Assembly (NCBI RefSeq): GCF_964204865.1
Contig: NC_135251.1
Location: 20,150,001 to 20,214,000 of the forward strand
Reading direction: 5' to 3'
Length of the DNA: 64,000 bases
Origin: Styela clava
Lineage: Eukaryota
The translations under genes were made by a program, and so were the position numbers. Shown piece by piece: positions 27,160 to 40,266 of this stretch. Every line of letters starts with the position of its first letter. Position 1 is the first letter of the stretch. A model generated the notes under the pieces. The model was not told where the DNA came from, did no database searches, and saw nothing but the letters and a program-made list of their open reading frames with translations.

Positions 27160-27700
27160 GTGGTTTTTGCAGTCGGTACAAAAACAAAATATCGTGCAAT
27201 TTAGGTTGTTTTTGGCACACGTGCATAAATTATTTTGACACCTATTTTTCTAACACAGGCAGGTTGCCAACTCAAGAACTGATTTGGAGGCCGGAGGTAG
27301 ATCCATTAATTTAACCCGCAAAACACCATCATCAAGTACCCATCGAATAATTGGCTTTGTTTCTAGGCAACAGTGATGAATTTCTGTCTGGTAATTTCCC
27401 CTCAGAACATGCTTCTTTAGTGAATCATTGTTGGGTGAAGAGAATAATCCATATGCTTGTCAATTTTGAAACACGTGCCCTGGTATCATTTACATTCTTC
27501 ATATCCTCTCCATACAATGAACACACAAATTCCTCAGCTTTATTTAATAATGTCTCGTTAACCTCAAAAGATCTTCATAGTTGAGAAAAAAACTTAAAAT
27601 GAATTTCGAGTCCTCCAACATCAGTTTGATGGGCAGTTTCAAATGCAGAAGAATGCCAAAGTATTTCAATAAGCATATTTGGAACAACATGAGTGTTTTT
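27160..27700 (-). mobile_element. Degenerate DNA-transposon ORF remnant (Academ-like, Cys8 C-terminus)
   Basis: Minus-strand fragments AEEFVCSLYGEDMKNVNDTR, NDSLKKHVLRGNYQ and PPASKSVLELATCLC*KNRCQNNLCTCAKNNLNCTIFCFCTDCKN, interrupted by stops and frameshifts. Confidence 0.6.
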
Positions 27701-28453
27701 CGGCAAATAAACATACCACTAAATACTGACTAATACTTTTTATACATAATGCATTTTATCTGGTGTACTACAGTCCTGCAGTGTTTCTACATTGAATCTC
27801 GATAAATCACACAGTCTGAAATGCCCTGTATATTTTGAAACATCAACTGTCAGCCTACAACTTGATGCATGATTTCTCACCTCTCAATAGCTTCATCTCT
27901 TTCAACTCCTGCATAACTTATCATTGCTGATCAGGTTCTTGTCGACTTTATGAATTTAGACCAACTGACATCAATAAAATTGGTTACTTTCCCCTCTTTC
28001 TCACGAACGTGCATTACAGAAACGGTCATTAGTCTGCTGAATACTCGAGAATTTTCATTAAATTAATCATAAACCTTCCATACAAGCATGAAAATACCGT
28101 ATCGTTGTTTGTGGCATATCTTTCTAGGTCTAGCCTTCCTTGAAGTTACCGCACCGTACCGGTTTAACAACGTTATATGAGCTAGTGCTCGACTAAAATT
28201 GCTATTCATGGTAAGAATATACAAGTGTTTAATAGCTCACTTATACTCTTTAACGCCGTCTTAGCATAACTTAACTAATAATAACCAGAAAAGACGATAG
28301 AAAGGCTACCCAACTCAACGCAAGAGCGGGCAGTACAAACTGAGATTCATCCGCTCACAGCTGATAAAATTTAATTGTTACGTCATGCAGAAGTCTGCGT
28401 TCATTAACCAATGTTGCCGGAAAAACAGAGAATAGAGGACAGATGGTAGCACA

Positions 28454-28656
28454 GGTTCCATTACATTTGAACCCACGTACATTTGAACCCATGGCAATTG
28501 CACATGTATGCTATGGCACCTATGGAATTTTTTTTGTTCCACGGATAGTTAAACCCATACTAACCCTAACCCATGGGTTTTAGCACCCGCATATAGATTG
28601 AACCCGTGGATATACGCATGGGTTCAAATGTACGTGGGTTCAAATGTACGGTCACC
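28454..28656. mobile_element. Mutator-like MITE
   Basis: Long inverted repeats built from TACATTTGAACCC units, with a 9-bp TSD GGTAGCACA at 28445-28453 and 28657-28665. Confidence 0.75.
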
Positions 28657-29092
28657 GGTAGCACATATTCTTGTAGTAAAAGCGTTTTTTCCATAAAACG
28701 TGCAATTTTTGAAGATAGGAACAAGCTAATATTTATTACTAAATTTCTGAGGAACATTTTAAAATTATTTCCAACTAGTTCCCTTATGTGCGTTACGAAA
28801 CAGTAAAATTGTATGATTACCTCTTTTTGAACACTGTATGTAATTGTTTTATATCGGTTGGATAAAATTAACTTGACTTGACATATGGTTCTCCATAGTT
28901 AGCAGTCTTTTCTACTAAATTGCATCGTGAAACAATTAGCATTGGTGCAATTTTTCATCTGATTTCAATTTTTCAGATGCAATTTTTCATCATATTCTTT
29001 TACATCTTTCGGAATATTACCGAACCATTGCGTGAGTCCAGTAAATACGGGGGTTTTGATACTCGCTTTGTGGATACTTCGGTCCTTTCAAG

Positions 29093-31777
29093 TGTAGCGT
29101 ACCGGCAATGTATGAAATAATTATCCAGGTTCAGAATATCTTCTAATATGATCTGACGTCAAGTTTTCTCTCAATAGTCCAAGTCTTTATGCTATTTTAT
29201 GTCATTTATTTAACAACTCGAACAGTAAACGATCCAAAACAACCAAACACTCCCAAAGGAACGAAAAGCATAAAATAAAAATAACAGATACCAGGCAGTA
29301 AAATGCAAGAAAGACCACATACACAACAAAAACACTGACAAACCCTGAAATCCAAGACAGCTCTGAATAAAAACCAAATGACCCCTAGAATCTGGTACAA
29401 TAAACTAGCTACTGCAATTTACAAAACAGGCCGAAAGTAACTTATGACAGGCATTTAAAAAGACTATAAACAATTCTATAGGTGCACAACATTTGAACAA
29501 TACTGATGAAAGCTAATTCCACGATAAAACTGAAAATACAACACTACGGTAAATGAACTGTAATGGCACTGTACTGGTAAAAACAATAACATGGTCCCTA
29601 CGTCAGCCCACTGTCCAGCACAAAACATCCGACAGTCACACAACACAGACAAACATCCCTGAAGACCAGAGGCATTCGCACCGACATTCAAAACCCACCA
29701 ATCTAACCGAAACACTCAGACGACTGCCCTCTGTCACACACAGCATACACCAACAGACCACGCTGCCCCAGAGAACCGATCGACCGTGTCGCAGCGTCTA
29801 AACTGCTAGACTACCAAATATGGAAACGATATCACATGACGTCATTTAACAGATAAAACAAGGGTCCTAGAATACCAAATATGGAAACATATTACCTGAA
29901 GTCATTTAACAGGCAAAACAAGGGTCGTCACATTACCCCCCTCTTCTAGATGGAACATTATGAAAGAATGTTTTCATCTCTAAAAAAAATATTTGAAACA
30001 CGAAAAACAGTAGTCAAAACCAAAATATGTCCACGAATGTCTTTAAAATATGCAGGCCGTCTACCCTCACGCTTAAGCATCCGTAAAGTTTGTCATTCCG
30101 GATTGAGTCCACCAATGTCATCGAAACGACCAAATTGATGTGCATATCTCCATTGGCTCAACAACGGCTACTATGTTAGATCTCCGGACGGCCAAGGCTG
30201 TTGTAGCTGAACTAGAACAACCAGTCCCGAGCGGCCGGTATAACCACATCTTCAACTATAGTCCCATGACAGCAGGGAGAAGCTGTTTAGTGCTGTACCT
30301 TAACATCCTGTCCCTCAAGAACGAAACGATGCGACGAATTTGCCAAAATAGTCCATCCGTGACCCTAGATCGGCGACGGCAACGGTATGCTCCACAGGCC
30401 AGCTTTCAATCGTCAGGTTGACATCAAGTGCACCATGAGACACTAACGACTCGCTACTGGCAGTACGCAATGGTACTGGAAAAGAATACAGTTCTGAAAT
30501 GTCCGAATTTCCTGCAACGTCGAGTAAACAGCGGTGTCTATGAGCGAGACACCCGAACCGAATTTCCCGCAACGTCAAGTAAACAGCGGTGTCTATGAGC
30601 GAGACACCCGCACGTGACCCTGGATCGGCGACCACAACTGTATGCTCCACAGACCAGCTTCAATTGTCAGGTTGACATCAAGTACACCATGAGACACAAA
30701 TGACTCGCAACCGGCAGTACGGAGTGGCGCTGGAACAGGATGCAGCCCCGAAATGTTCGAATCTTCCTGCAACGTCGAGTAAACAGCGGTGTCAATGAGC
30801 CAGACACCCGCACCGGTATCAATCAAAAACAAAACAGGCACGTTATTGACCAGAGCCTTGACATATCATCCATTAGTCCAAGTAAGAGAAAAAAAATCAT
30901 AGTTCATAGAAAATATCCTGGCGTGCTCTCGCCAAAAATTGTAGCGTACCGGCAATGTATGAAATAATTATCCAGGTTCAGAATATCTTCTAATATGATC
31001 TGACGTCAAGTTCTCTCAATAGTCCAAGTCTTTATGCTATTTTATGTCATTTATTTAACAACTCGAACAGTAAACGATCCAAAACAACCAAACACTCCCA
31101 AAGGAACGAAAAGCATAAAATAAAAATAACAGATACCAGGCAGTAAAATGCAAGAAAGACCACATACACAACAAAAACACTGACAAACCCTGAAATCCAA
31201 GACAGCTCTGAATAAAAACCAAATGACCCCTAGAATCTGGTACAATAAACTGGCTACTGCAATTTACAAAACAGGCCGAAAGTAACTTATGACAGGCATT
31301 TAAAAAGACTATAAACAATTCTATAGGTGCACAACATTTGAACAATACTGATGAAAGCTAATTCCACGATAAAACTGAAAATACAACACTACGGTAAATG
31401 AACTGTAATGGCACTGTACTGGTAAAAACAATAACATGGTCCCTACGTCAGCCCACTGTCCAGCACAAAACATCCGACAGTCACACAACACAGACAAACA
31501 TCCCTGAAGACCAGAGGCATTCGCACCGACATTCAAAACCCACCAATCTAACCGAAACACTCAGACGACTGCCCTCTGTCACACACAGCATACACCAACA
31601 GACCACGCTGCCCCAGAGAACCGATCGACCGTGTCGCAGCGTCTAAACTGCTAGACTACCAAATATGGAAACGATATCACATGACGTCATTTAACAGATA
31701 AAACAAGGGTCCTAGAATACCAAATATGGAAACATATTACCTGAAGTCATTTAACAGGCAAAACAAGGGTCGTCACA
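29093..31777 (-). mobile_element. Non-autonomous LTR retrotransposon (Gypsy-like), 2685 bp
   Basis: Two TG...CA LTRs (29093-29932 and 30940-31777) differing by only one substitution and one 2-nt indel as far as I could see. 4-bp TSD CAAG. Minus-strand PPT AGAAGAGGGGGGTAA at 29933-29947 and PBS TGGCGAGAGCACGCCAGG at about 30917-30934. The 1-kb interior holds a degenerate, duplicated aspartic protease piece (FLIDTGA). Confidence 0.93.
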
Positions 31778-34695
31778 CAAGAAAGAGTAAGATAAAATCA
31801 TAGGTTCAGATAGGCAAACACTTCTATGTGATGTCGAATACACTGGCATGGTTTCTGAGTGGCCAAAGTTATTCCAATAACAGAAAAGTCAAGTAGTTGC
31901 ATTACTGTGACAAAAACAAGAAAAATGTATAACAGAATTATATGCGTCGTTCTCAAATACGTGTCTGCTGATAAGTATCACATCTTTGACATTAGGTCTT
32001 TGGCATTACTGTGACAAAAACAAGAAGAATGTTCAACATAATTACATGCGTCGTTCTCAAATACGTGTCTGCTGATAAGTATTACATCTTTGATTCCTCA
32101 TCCTGAAAATTGCCCCAAATATCATATGGTATCATTTGACGACTGAACATACAGATATATATCGATTTTCTATTGTATATACATTAAGTGGAATCTGTTC
32201 GTTGCTCTTAACCGAGTATATATATAGGAAATTAACTCTCTCCTTGTCGCTATTGAATTCAAAAATTAACGAGTCTGCAATCAATGGCGGCAATCAGTGT
32301 GTCGCACGAACCCGTCCTTGTATTTTGTTTTGTGTTTTAGACGTTTGCCTGTTCGGTAATGTACACCGCAGGTGTGCCGCAAACTTTATTTGGATAAAAC
32401 AGTTGGAATTATAAAAATAAGGAAACGTTCATTATTACTATTATACATTCAGTTATATCTGAACAATATTTTCATGCAATACATAATGAAAATATATAAC
32501 ATAACTTGATTATTACTCTTGGGTTCCAAAAAATGTTTAAATCGAGGCTGATTCTCTATGGAAAAAGTGAGGGTTGCAGACAGAGGTGAAATTCAAAATT
32601 TTAGAAACAGGTTCATTTTTGTATCTAACTCACCAACAACACGTTCCCTCATTTCGATAAATGTATGTATGTCACTGCGTAGGCTGCATTAACATGCCAC
32701 GCCTTATATAACTTTCGAAACGCCAAATATAACCTTAGGCGTCAGCTGCGGAACATGTTACCCAATCGCAATGTGCTGCAGTCTCCTAAATCTAAAACAA
32801 ACGAGAACGAGTTCGCTGACTAACACCATATTCAAGGAACGGAATCGCGCGAATTGGGTTAATTCCCAATATTTATACTCTGTTAAGAGCACCTTCACTT
32901 AATGTACAAGGAAAAAATCGATGTTTGTTTGTTCAGCCATCAAATGGTACTCAGTACGATATTTGAGGCAATCTTCAGGATGAGAAATCAAAGATCAGCA
33001 GCCAGGGATTCGAGAACGACGCATGTATTTATGTTTTACATGTATTCGTCACAGTAATGCAAAAGTTAGGAGTTTTGTTGTAATTGAAATAACTTTGAAC
33101 ATACTCAGAAACCATGCCGGTGTAATCGACCTAAAATTCTTTGCCTATTCTAGCTTATGGTTCTCATGTATGAATGCCCTTTACTAAAGTGCTAGTAGAG
33201 TCAATGTGATGACGCTAGCTAGAGGAAAGCGCAGATTCAAAAATGCCGTTATTTTGTAAGAAAAGGAAAAATAGCTTCGAGCGGCAGAAACCTTGAAGAA
33301 ATATTGGACTGAGATAGGTACGTTTTCTCTACTCGCTCAAAATTCTCCAAACTTTCTATTCCAAGAAATATAATATATATATATATATATATATGAATGC
33401 GTGCGGTCGCTTGGCAATATCAATAATCCGTTCATTCCGTGTTTCCGTTCATTATTGACAACTAGCTAACCAACTCAAACCGAAAAGTTTCTCAAGTCCA
33501 CTCCCACTGATATCTACGCGAAAATGTGACTATCGGCAACAGTTTTCCGTTATTCGCACCTTCCACATTTTTGTATTTCTGGTGATGCATAGAGTATTAA
33601 ATATGCATTGACATTTGTAGAATATTTTCCCTCAGAATTGCTTAAGCTTATCACAATTAAACGCTTTATGAGACTCCCCTATGGATAACGAATGCAAAGA
33701 AAATTCAGTGAAAAGATATTGTTTCGGTGCTCGATATTTCGGTTGGTTTGTTAGCAATCTATACTTTGTATCCTTGGATAAAACTTTGAACCGACTAAGA
33801 TTACGATGGGATGCGGAGATTTTTTAAACCATTTGTTCGCTAGAGCGTACATTGCTTTGCCCTCACATTCTCTGCGCTTCCACATTCTCATCACGACATT
33901 CATTAATTATATGATATTTGAGTGCCTCGGAATCGTGCCATTATCATTGTTGGCGCATTGTCAGAACGTTGTAAATCATCTTACAATAGGAATTTCGCAA
34001 ATTGATTTGAATCTACTAAATTTTGAACTCTTTTCCAGTAAGACTGATATTTTATTTACGTTTTCGCATATGACGGCAGTCTCTTACAAAATAAAATTTT
34101 AGATATCGATCCAGATTCCGATTTTCCAACTTACTACATAATTACTACGAAGATAAAAACCAATAGGTACCTTTGAATTTGATACACCATATTAAAACTT
34201 TGAATATTCAAAAACCATTACTGATTTTAAAATGCTGAAAAATATGATATAAACCAAGTTAGTGGCTATCTGCAATTAAGCTAAAATAAAAATGTGCATG
34301 CATATCATTATTGAAAATATTAATAAAAAGATTTTAGCCACAATTAATAGTAGTTGAGAGGGTTTCGTTTCATTACAATGTTTTTCAATACATAATTTTG
34401 GGAGGAATGCCTTTTTCTCCACAACAAAATATAATATAACCACAACTGATTCTATTCCCTGTTTGGTACTCACATTCGTTCATATAGTATTCAGATAATA
34501 TACGAGTTGTATTCAATCAGGTATCTTCGTAACGTGGATAAACCATGCTGGATTTAGTTTCGAATCCGTCGAATAGTTTGAACTACTTAAACTATGAAAA
34601 TTTTTCTCTTTTCAGTAATTTTCGATTTCGCTCCATAGTTGTAAGTTTTTCAAAATCGGTAAGATACAATTTTCCAACATCTGTAATTCATTGAG

Positions 34696-37600
34696 ATGCG
34701 TAATATACCAACTGGTAGTTTACTACTAATTTGTTTTTGTTCATTTGTGTTTCCTTTTCTTCTGTTGCAAATAATGGATTATAATTCTAAGACCGATCAA
34801 TGGACATTATATTCAAGTGTTGATGTAAGTATACTAAATTAGTAGTAACTCTGTTTTTCTCGTTAATGTTTGTAACGGATCTTGTTTCCTCACCAGCAAT
34901 GATAGCTGTCTGCCTACGTTGAAATTCTTTAATTTTTCTTCCAATAAAATTTATCAAGAACGGAATGAAATTACTTAAAAAAACGTGTCTGGGCAAAATC
35001 TCATTCGGTTTTAATCTACCAAATGCTTCACCCTCTCACCAGAAACCGTATGTCGTTCGCGCATTTTATCCAACTATTTTTATTAGGAATTTCATTTCTT
35101 TATTACAGTCAAGCATATGTCATATTTATCGTTAATAAGCAACAATCTTTCGTTGATGAATTATTCAATAAAATAAGGGAATAATAAAAAAATCAGTATA
35201 TGAAAAAGGAACAAAACCTTTTTTTACTTATCGATTTTAATCGGTAAGTATGTTGATAGGTACTTGTCTGTATGTCTGTTAGATGCACGCGATATCTCAC
35301 GAAAGCGAGATTGAATCTGCTCCAGATTTTGCATGTGCATTCATCTTATCTCGGGCCAGAAGCCTATTGATTTTGGCAAATTATGTCGTATAATTAGCGA
35401 GTTATTTTTTAATTAGTGATGGGACACAAGGTGTCACTATGGAGTAAGAGCGCTGTTTTGGGATCCCCTAACTTTCGATCGATAAGTCTTCGGTCTCTGA
35501 CCGATATTCTCGTTTAATTGTTTGTCAGTTCTGAAGGTTGCGAGTATTTAACGGTATACCCAATCGCACTTTTTATCAAGATCTTTGAGAGGTTGCGATT
35601 TCAGTGAGATAGAGGAACTGAAATAGATAGTCATCAATATACGAGTACAACCATGAAATTAAGAGTCGGCGATTTCAATAATCCTTTTCTTCCAGTCTCG
35701 AAATCGAAGGCAAATGGAAATAATATTCATTGGAGGAATGCATCGCAGTGGCACAACGTTGCTAAGGACAATGCTTGATGCCCATGCTGATATTAGATGC
35801 GGCCCTGAGACTGTAGTAATACTCAACGTACTGGGGGTGAGAGAGGCAATGGCAAAGTAAATAGTTGTTTATGAGTAATAGTAATTAAGCAAAATAAACC
35901 ACTGAAAACGTGTGAATATTATTTAAACAAGTATTTTTTTTCATTTTGTTGACGTCACCACACAAAGCGTTAAATAGAAAAATGAGCCACACAGCGCACA
36001 GGAAGTAATAGCCTTCTAGCGACAACAAATATCTTTAACAACCGACAATTTCTAAGTAATTGGTCCAGTAGTTAATGAGAAAACAATCCACATGTCGACA
36101 TCGTGTTCAAACATTGATATAATTTTGATTGGCAAGGAACAACAAATTCAGTTTGGGTAAAATCAAAGCTATTACGGAAGGATGTGGGAAGAATACAACT
36201 TTAATGGTGAAATATCTCTTTTACCACAGGGATCCAATGATAGTTTCACACATTTCCAAGACGAAACTATATCCTGAAGTTACTGATAATGCTGTTGCAC
36301 AATTTATTCTGGAAATAATAATTCGTCATGCGCCACCAGCTACTCATTATTGCAACAAGGACCCTCTACAAATGTTGTTTTCAAAGTGAGATTGTATCTT
36401 ATAACGGTTAAATTATGAAAAAAAAAATATCAAAGCAAGATCGAAACTAAATGAGGTTATTATTTTTTCAACAGAAGCTCTTTTTCATTTTATAAAATGA
36501 ATGATTAGGCATATATATTTGGGTAACTGTTATCGTTTAAATTAGAGTAATCCGAAGTATAGTGATATGCATAACCAATATGCTCTTATTACATTCGCAT
36601 TGTTATATTTTATTTATTTATAGACTTCTCTAACAATTCTAGATATCTACACTTTTTGTTTCCGAACGCAAAATTTGTTTTAATGATACGAGATGGCAGA
36701 GCAATGGCCCATTCTATCATATCAAGGAAATTGGAATTATATACATATGATATTGAGAGTTATAGGTATGTGAAATTGATATGATTGTGCTGATATCAAA
36801 TCAGTTAGAGTGTAATAATAACAGAATTAAAACTGCTTCTGGATGAATGTGATATAAAGGTGTACTTCAATATTGATATGATTTCTAACTTCCGTGAAAA
36901 CTTGATTGCGATCCAGAAATTCCAATTGTACATACAACTCCAAATCAAATAGTCTATTTTGAGAATTTATTAAAATTTCAAAGATAATTGTAAGTCTAGT
37001 TTATTTTTCCTGCGATACCACATTAACTATCCATGTTATACCGATCTTTCGCATATTTGGTTCTAGAGGAACGTTGTCGACGTGGAACAAAAATATAGAA
37101 AGAATGCATAAACAATGTATAAAACTTGGAGAGAAGATATGTCAGTTGGTATATTACGAACAATTAGTATTGCAACCGGTTTCAACTACAAAGAACTTGT
37201 TTAAGTTTTTGGAAATACCTTGGAGTATCGCAGTTCTGCACCATGAAAAATATACAAATCAAAGTGATTTCTCAAAGCAAGTAAAATTAGAAAACAATAT
37301 TGAGTATTTATCTGTGAAATTAATCATAATGCTTATTGAGCGTGACTGGGTGTATTGTTTAACAGGGCAATCAACTTTTTATTAGTAACAAATAACAATG
37401 AGCTAAGAGTACTTTTGGTCTATATTAATTTGAAACGATGAAAAAGTAAAAAAAATACTCTATCTTATTTTATTTCGACAGAGCCGAGGCATCCACCGAT
37501 CAGGTATCAAAACCTCTGTATTTGGATGGACTCACGCAATGGTTTGGTAACATTCCAGAAGATGTTGAAAAAGATATGTTGAAAATTGCACCGATGTTAA

Positions 37601-38046
37601 ATGTTTTAGGATATAATCCAAAAGACAGGACTCCTAACTACGGAGAACCGGATGAGTTTGTTAAAGAAAAGGTTATAGTTATTCCTTATCTTATCTTTTT
37701 CCTCGTTACCATTAGTGTAACTTTCAAATCTCGATTCTCTGATTAATTTCCTTATCTTTCCTTCTTTTCATTTAAAATAAATTTTAAAAATTTATTTCTA
37801 ATAAATGAGCAAATTATTTCACATATCATGATAAAAGGGAAGACATTGAAAGCTGAGAACTAAGTAATAAATTGGTTGTAGACTACGTGTTCTATCATCA
37901 CTCGCGCATGATAATAATTATGTTAATTCTTTACTTCGCACTTGTCTTTCTTTTCATTTCACTTCGTTGTCAGTAATGAACTAATGATAACAAAATACAT
38001 AACTTTACAGATTGAGAAAGAAAAGCACAATAACATCACAAGTTAA
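34696..38046 (+). CDS. TPST-like sulfotransferase, clade B copy 3
   Basis: Exons 34696-34824, 35696-35856, 36230-36385, 36643-36765, 37067-37276 (GC donor), 37482-37671 and 38011-38046. Same structure as B1/B2, open frame. Confidence 0.92.
35223..35515 (+). mobile_element. Helentron-associated non-autonomous element (DINE-1/HINE-like) in B3 intron 1
   Basis: 5' palindrome, GTCT-type microsatellite, 3' subterminal repeat CGATCGATAAGT, stem-loop TCGGTCTCTGACCGA. Inserted in a T run. B2 intron 1 shows the empty site. Confidence 0.75.
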
Positions 38047-38865
38047 TGTTGTTACAATGGGCTGCACAATATTAATCACGGCCCTTGTCATTTCTCTATG
38101 TCAGTTTGATGAGAAATTCAAATATGTAATCCAATATGTTGAAACCTATACATGTAAATTATATAAAATAACTATCTTTAGTTAGAAATATAACATAATT
38201 AAAATATTGTTTTATATTGTTATATTCATGTTGTCAATTTTTTTTTAAGAATAATTGTTCAGAAATATATGGAAATAATTTTACAATTGGTGTTTATTAT
38301 TTGTTAACTTCACTTGTAACAAAATTTATTGCATATTGACCAGTATAATTTAAATATAATACTAACTTAAATTAACGCCATAATTTTAGTAATGACGTAA
38401 TATAATGAAAAATTTCTTCTCATGGCTTGGTGCAATTTACAATTTTCACCACGAAATGCAACGGAATTGGGCAATCCTACTGTAAGGATAAACCTTTTAT
38501 GGCTAATTCAGAAGGTTTTTATGTAAATTAAACCATGTTTGTTGTTCTGAATACTCAATTCAAAGAACATCCTTCGTTCTTGTAAGAGTAATGAAAAAGA
38601 GAAAGACGTTTGTCCGTGCCAACAGAAAATCCGAGTAGGCCTGCTAATTTAAACAATCGAAACACAAGTTATTAGCTGAGGTTCAATCGCCAGATATCAA
38701 GAATCCTAACTAGATGTGGTACAACAAAAAGTTTTGATCCATTTGATTGTGTTATTTATTATTCTTCTCTTGTCAGATAATTGTCAGATAAAATGCGATC
38801 GGAACATGCTAAAATATTCGGCAACCTTTTCTCAAGTTCAGATCTAAGGAGTTTAGTACAATAGA

Positions 38866-39780
38866 TAGGCTTACCATACGTCCCGCTTTAGGCGGGACAG
38901 TCCCGCTTTCTCAGCGTTTTGTCCCGCCGTCCCGATAAGTCAGCCAAAAGTCCCGCTTTTCCAGCATAATATACAAACATGTTTTCGTTTCTGTTGTTTC
39001 TGTGTAGCGCAGCGCTAGCCTACTTACTGAAGGTGAATGCGTTCGTTTCCCGCTGATTCCCATTCATGGCAGACGTATCGCATGTAAAACCAATACTAAT
39101 TAGTCTAAATTCGAATTATTTGTACCGGTATCGTTAACGTCAATTCCTTCCTATTTTTCGAACTGAACCCGATATTTGGACAGAGAATATGCACATGAAA
39201 TTTCGATAACAATATGGTCAATAAAGACAGCCGAGACAGCTTTAAATGTAGGAATGTAGGCCTACGAGGTATGTAGTAAAATCGGAAAATGTGAAGTTAT
39301 AAAATCACAGCTAAGGGGTCGTTGTCTTTCGAGGCGTCCCGATTTGAAGTCACAAAAATATGGTAACCCTAACAATAGATAACCTTACCATACGCCCCCT
39401 TTTAGGCGGACAGTCCCACTTTTCAACGTCTTGTCCCGGCGTCCAGACCGGTCAGTCAAAAGTCCCACTTTGGCGTTAAGCCAGTCAGCGTAATACACGA
39501 TCATTACCAATTAACATGTTCTCGATACTGTCGTTGCTGTGTGGCGTACCGGTAGCCTACTTACTTTACTGAAGGTGAATGCGTGGTTTTGTTTCCGTTC
39601 TATTTTTCAAACTAAATCAGATATTTAGACAGACAGCGCATGAACTCTCGATGACAATGAAGACAGCCGTGATGGCTTTAAATGTAGGCCCCCAATGTAA
39701 AATCGGTAAATTCAAAGTTGAAAACAGCTAGGGTCCTTGGAGGTGTTCCTTTTTGTGATCACAAAAATATGGTAACCCTA
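38866..39780. mobile_element. Two tandem hAT-type MITEs (38866-39371 and 39380-39780)
   Basis: Termini TAGG(G/C)TTACCATA...TATGGTAACCCTA. The 8-bp ACAATAGA lies before the first copy and between the copies, with a degenerate TCAATAAA after the second. Confidence 0.8.
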
Positions 39781-39920
39781 TCAATAAATTATTTGGTAAC
39801 TTAGTGATCTGCAACAGATTTGTTGCCCACTCATCAGTATATTTCTGTCCACCCTTGTGTTCATTCACAAACGGAGACAAAAAGACTTATATCGTTCATA
39901 TATATAATTATAAATTTGAA

Positions 39921-40266
39921 GGATAGGATAGGATTTACATATTTATCCCGGGGGAGAGGAAAGCCGATAAGACGGCTTATCTATATGGCGAACCACGGCC
40001 TCTCGTCCGGTTACTATTCCAAGTCGGGTATGGGATTAGTTAGTTATACTGTATTGTTTGTTTTCGGAAGCATGGACTTGGTGGTGGAGGAAGCCGTAAC
40101 CGACCAGCGGTTACGTGAACCACCCAACGACGGCGAGGAGTCCAGCAATCCTCTCGCACATAACCATCCCTGCATGGGAATCGAACCTGCGAACCCACGC
40201 AGAGTAATTAGAGGTGCGGTGGCGAGCGTATTCCTAACGCTTAACCCGTTGAGCCACACCGCCGCG
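39921..40266 (-). mobile_element. tRNA-derived SINE
   Basis: The minus strand has a pol III A-box TGGCTCAACGG, a B-box GGTTCGATTCC, a GC-rich body and a (TCCTA)n tail. A diverged copy lies at 63596-63795. Confidence 0.8.

Noticed and set aside
29206-31646. Duplicated ORFs of 64-96 aa
   Set aside because: They are identical only because they fall inside the two LTRs, and they show no coding signature.
40170-40266. tRNA gene
   Set aside because: A and B boxes are present, but there is no convincing cloverleaf. It continues into a SINE body and simple-repeat tail, and a diverged copy exists at 63596.
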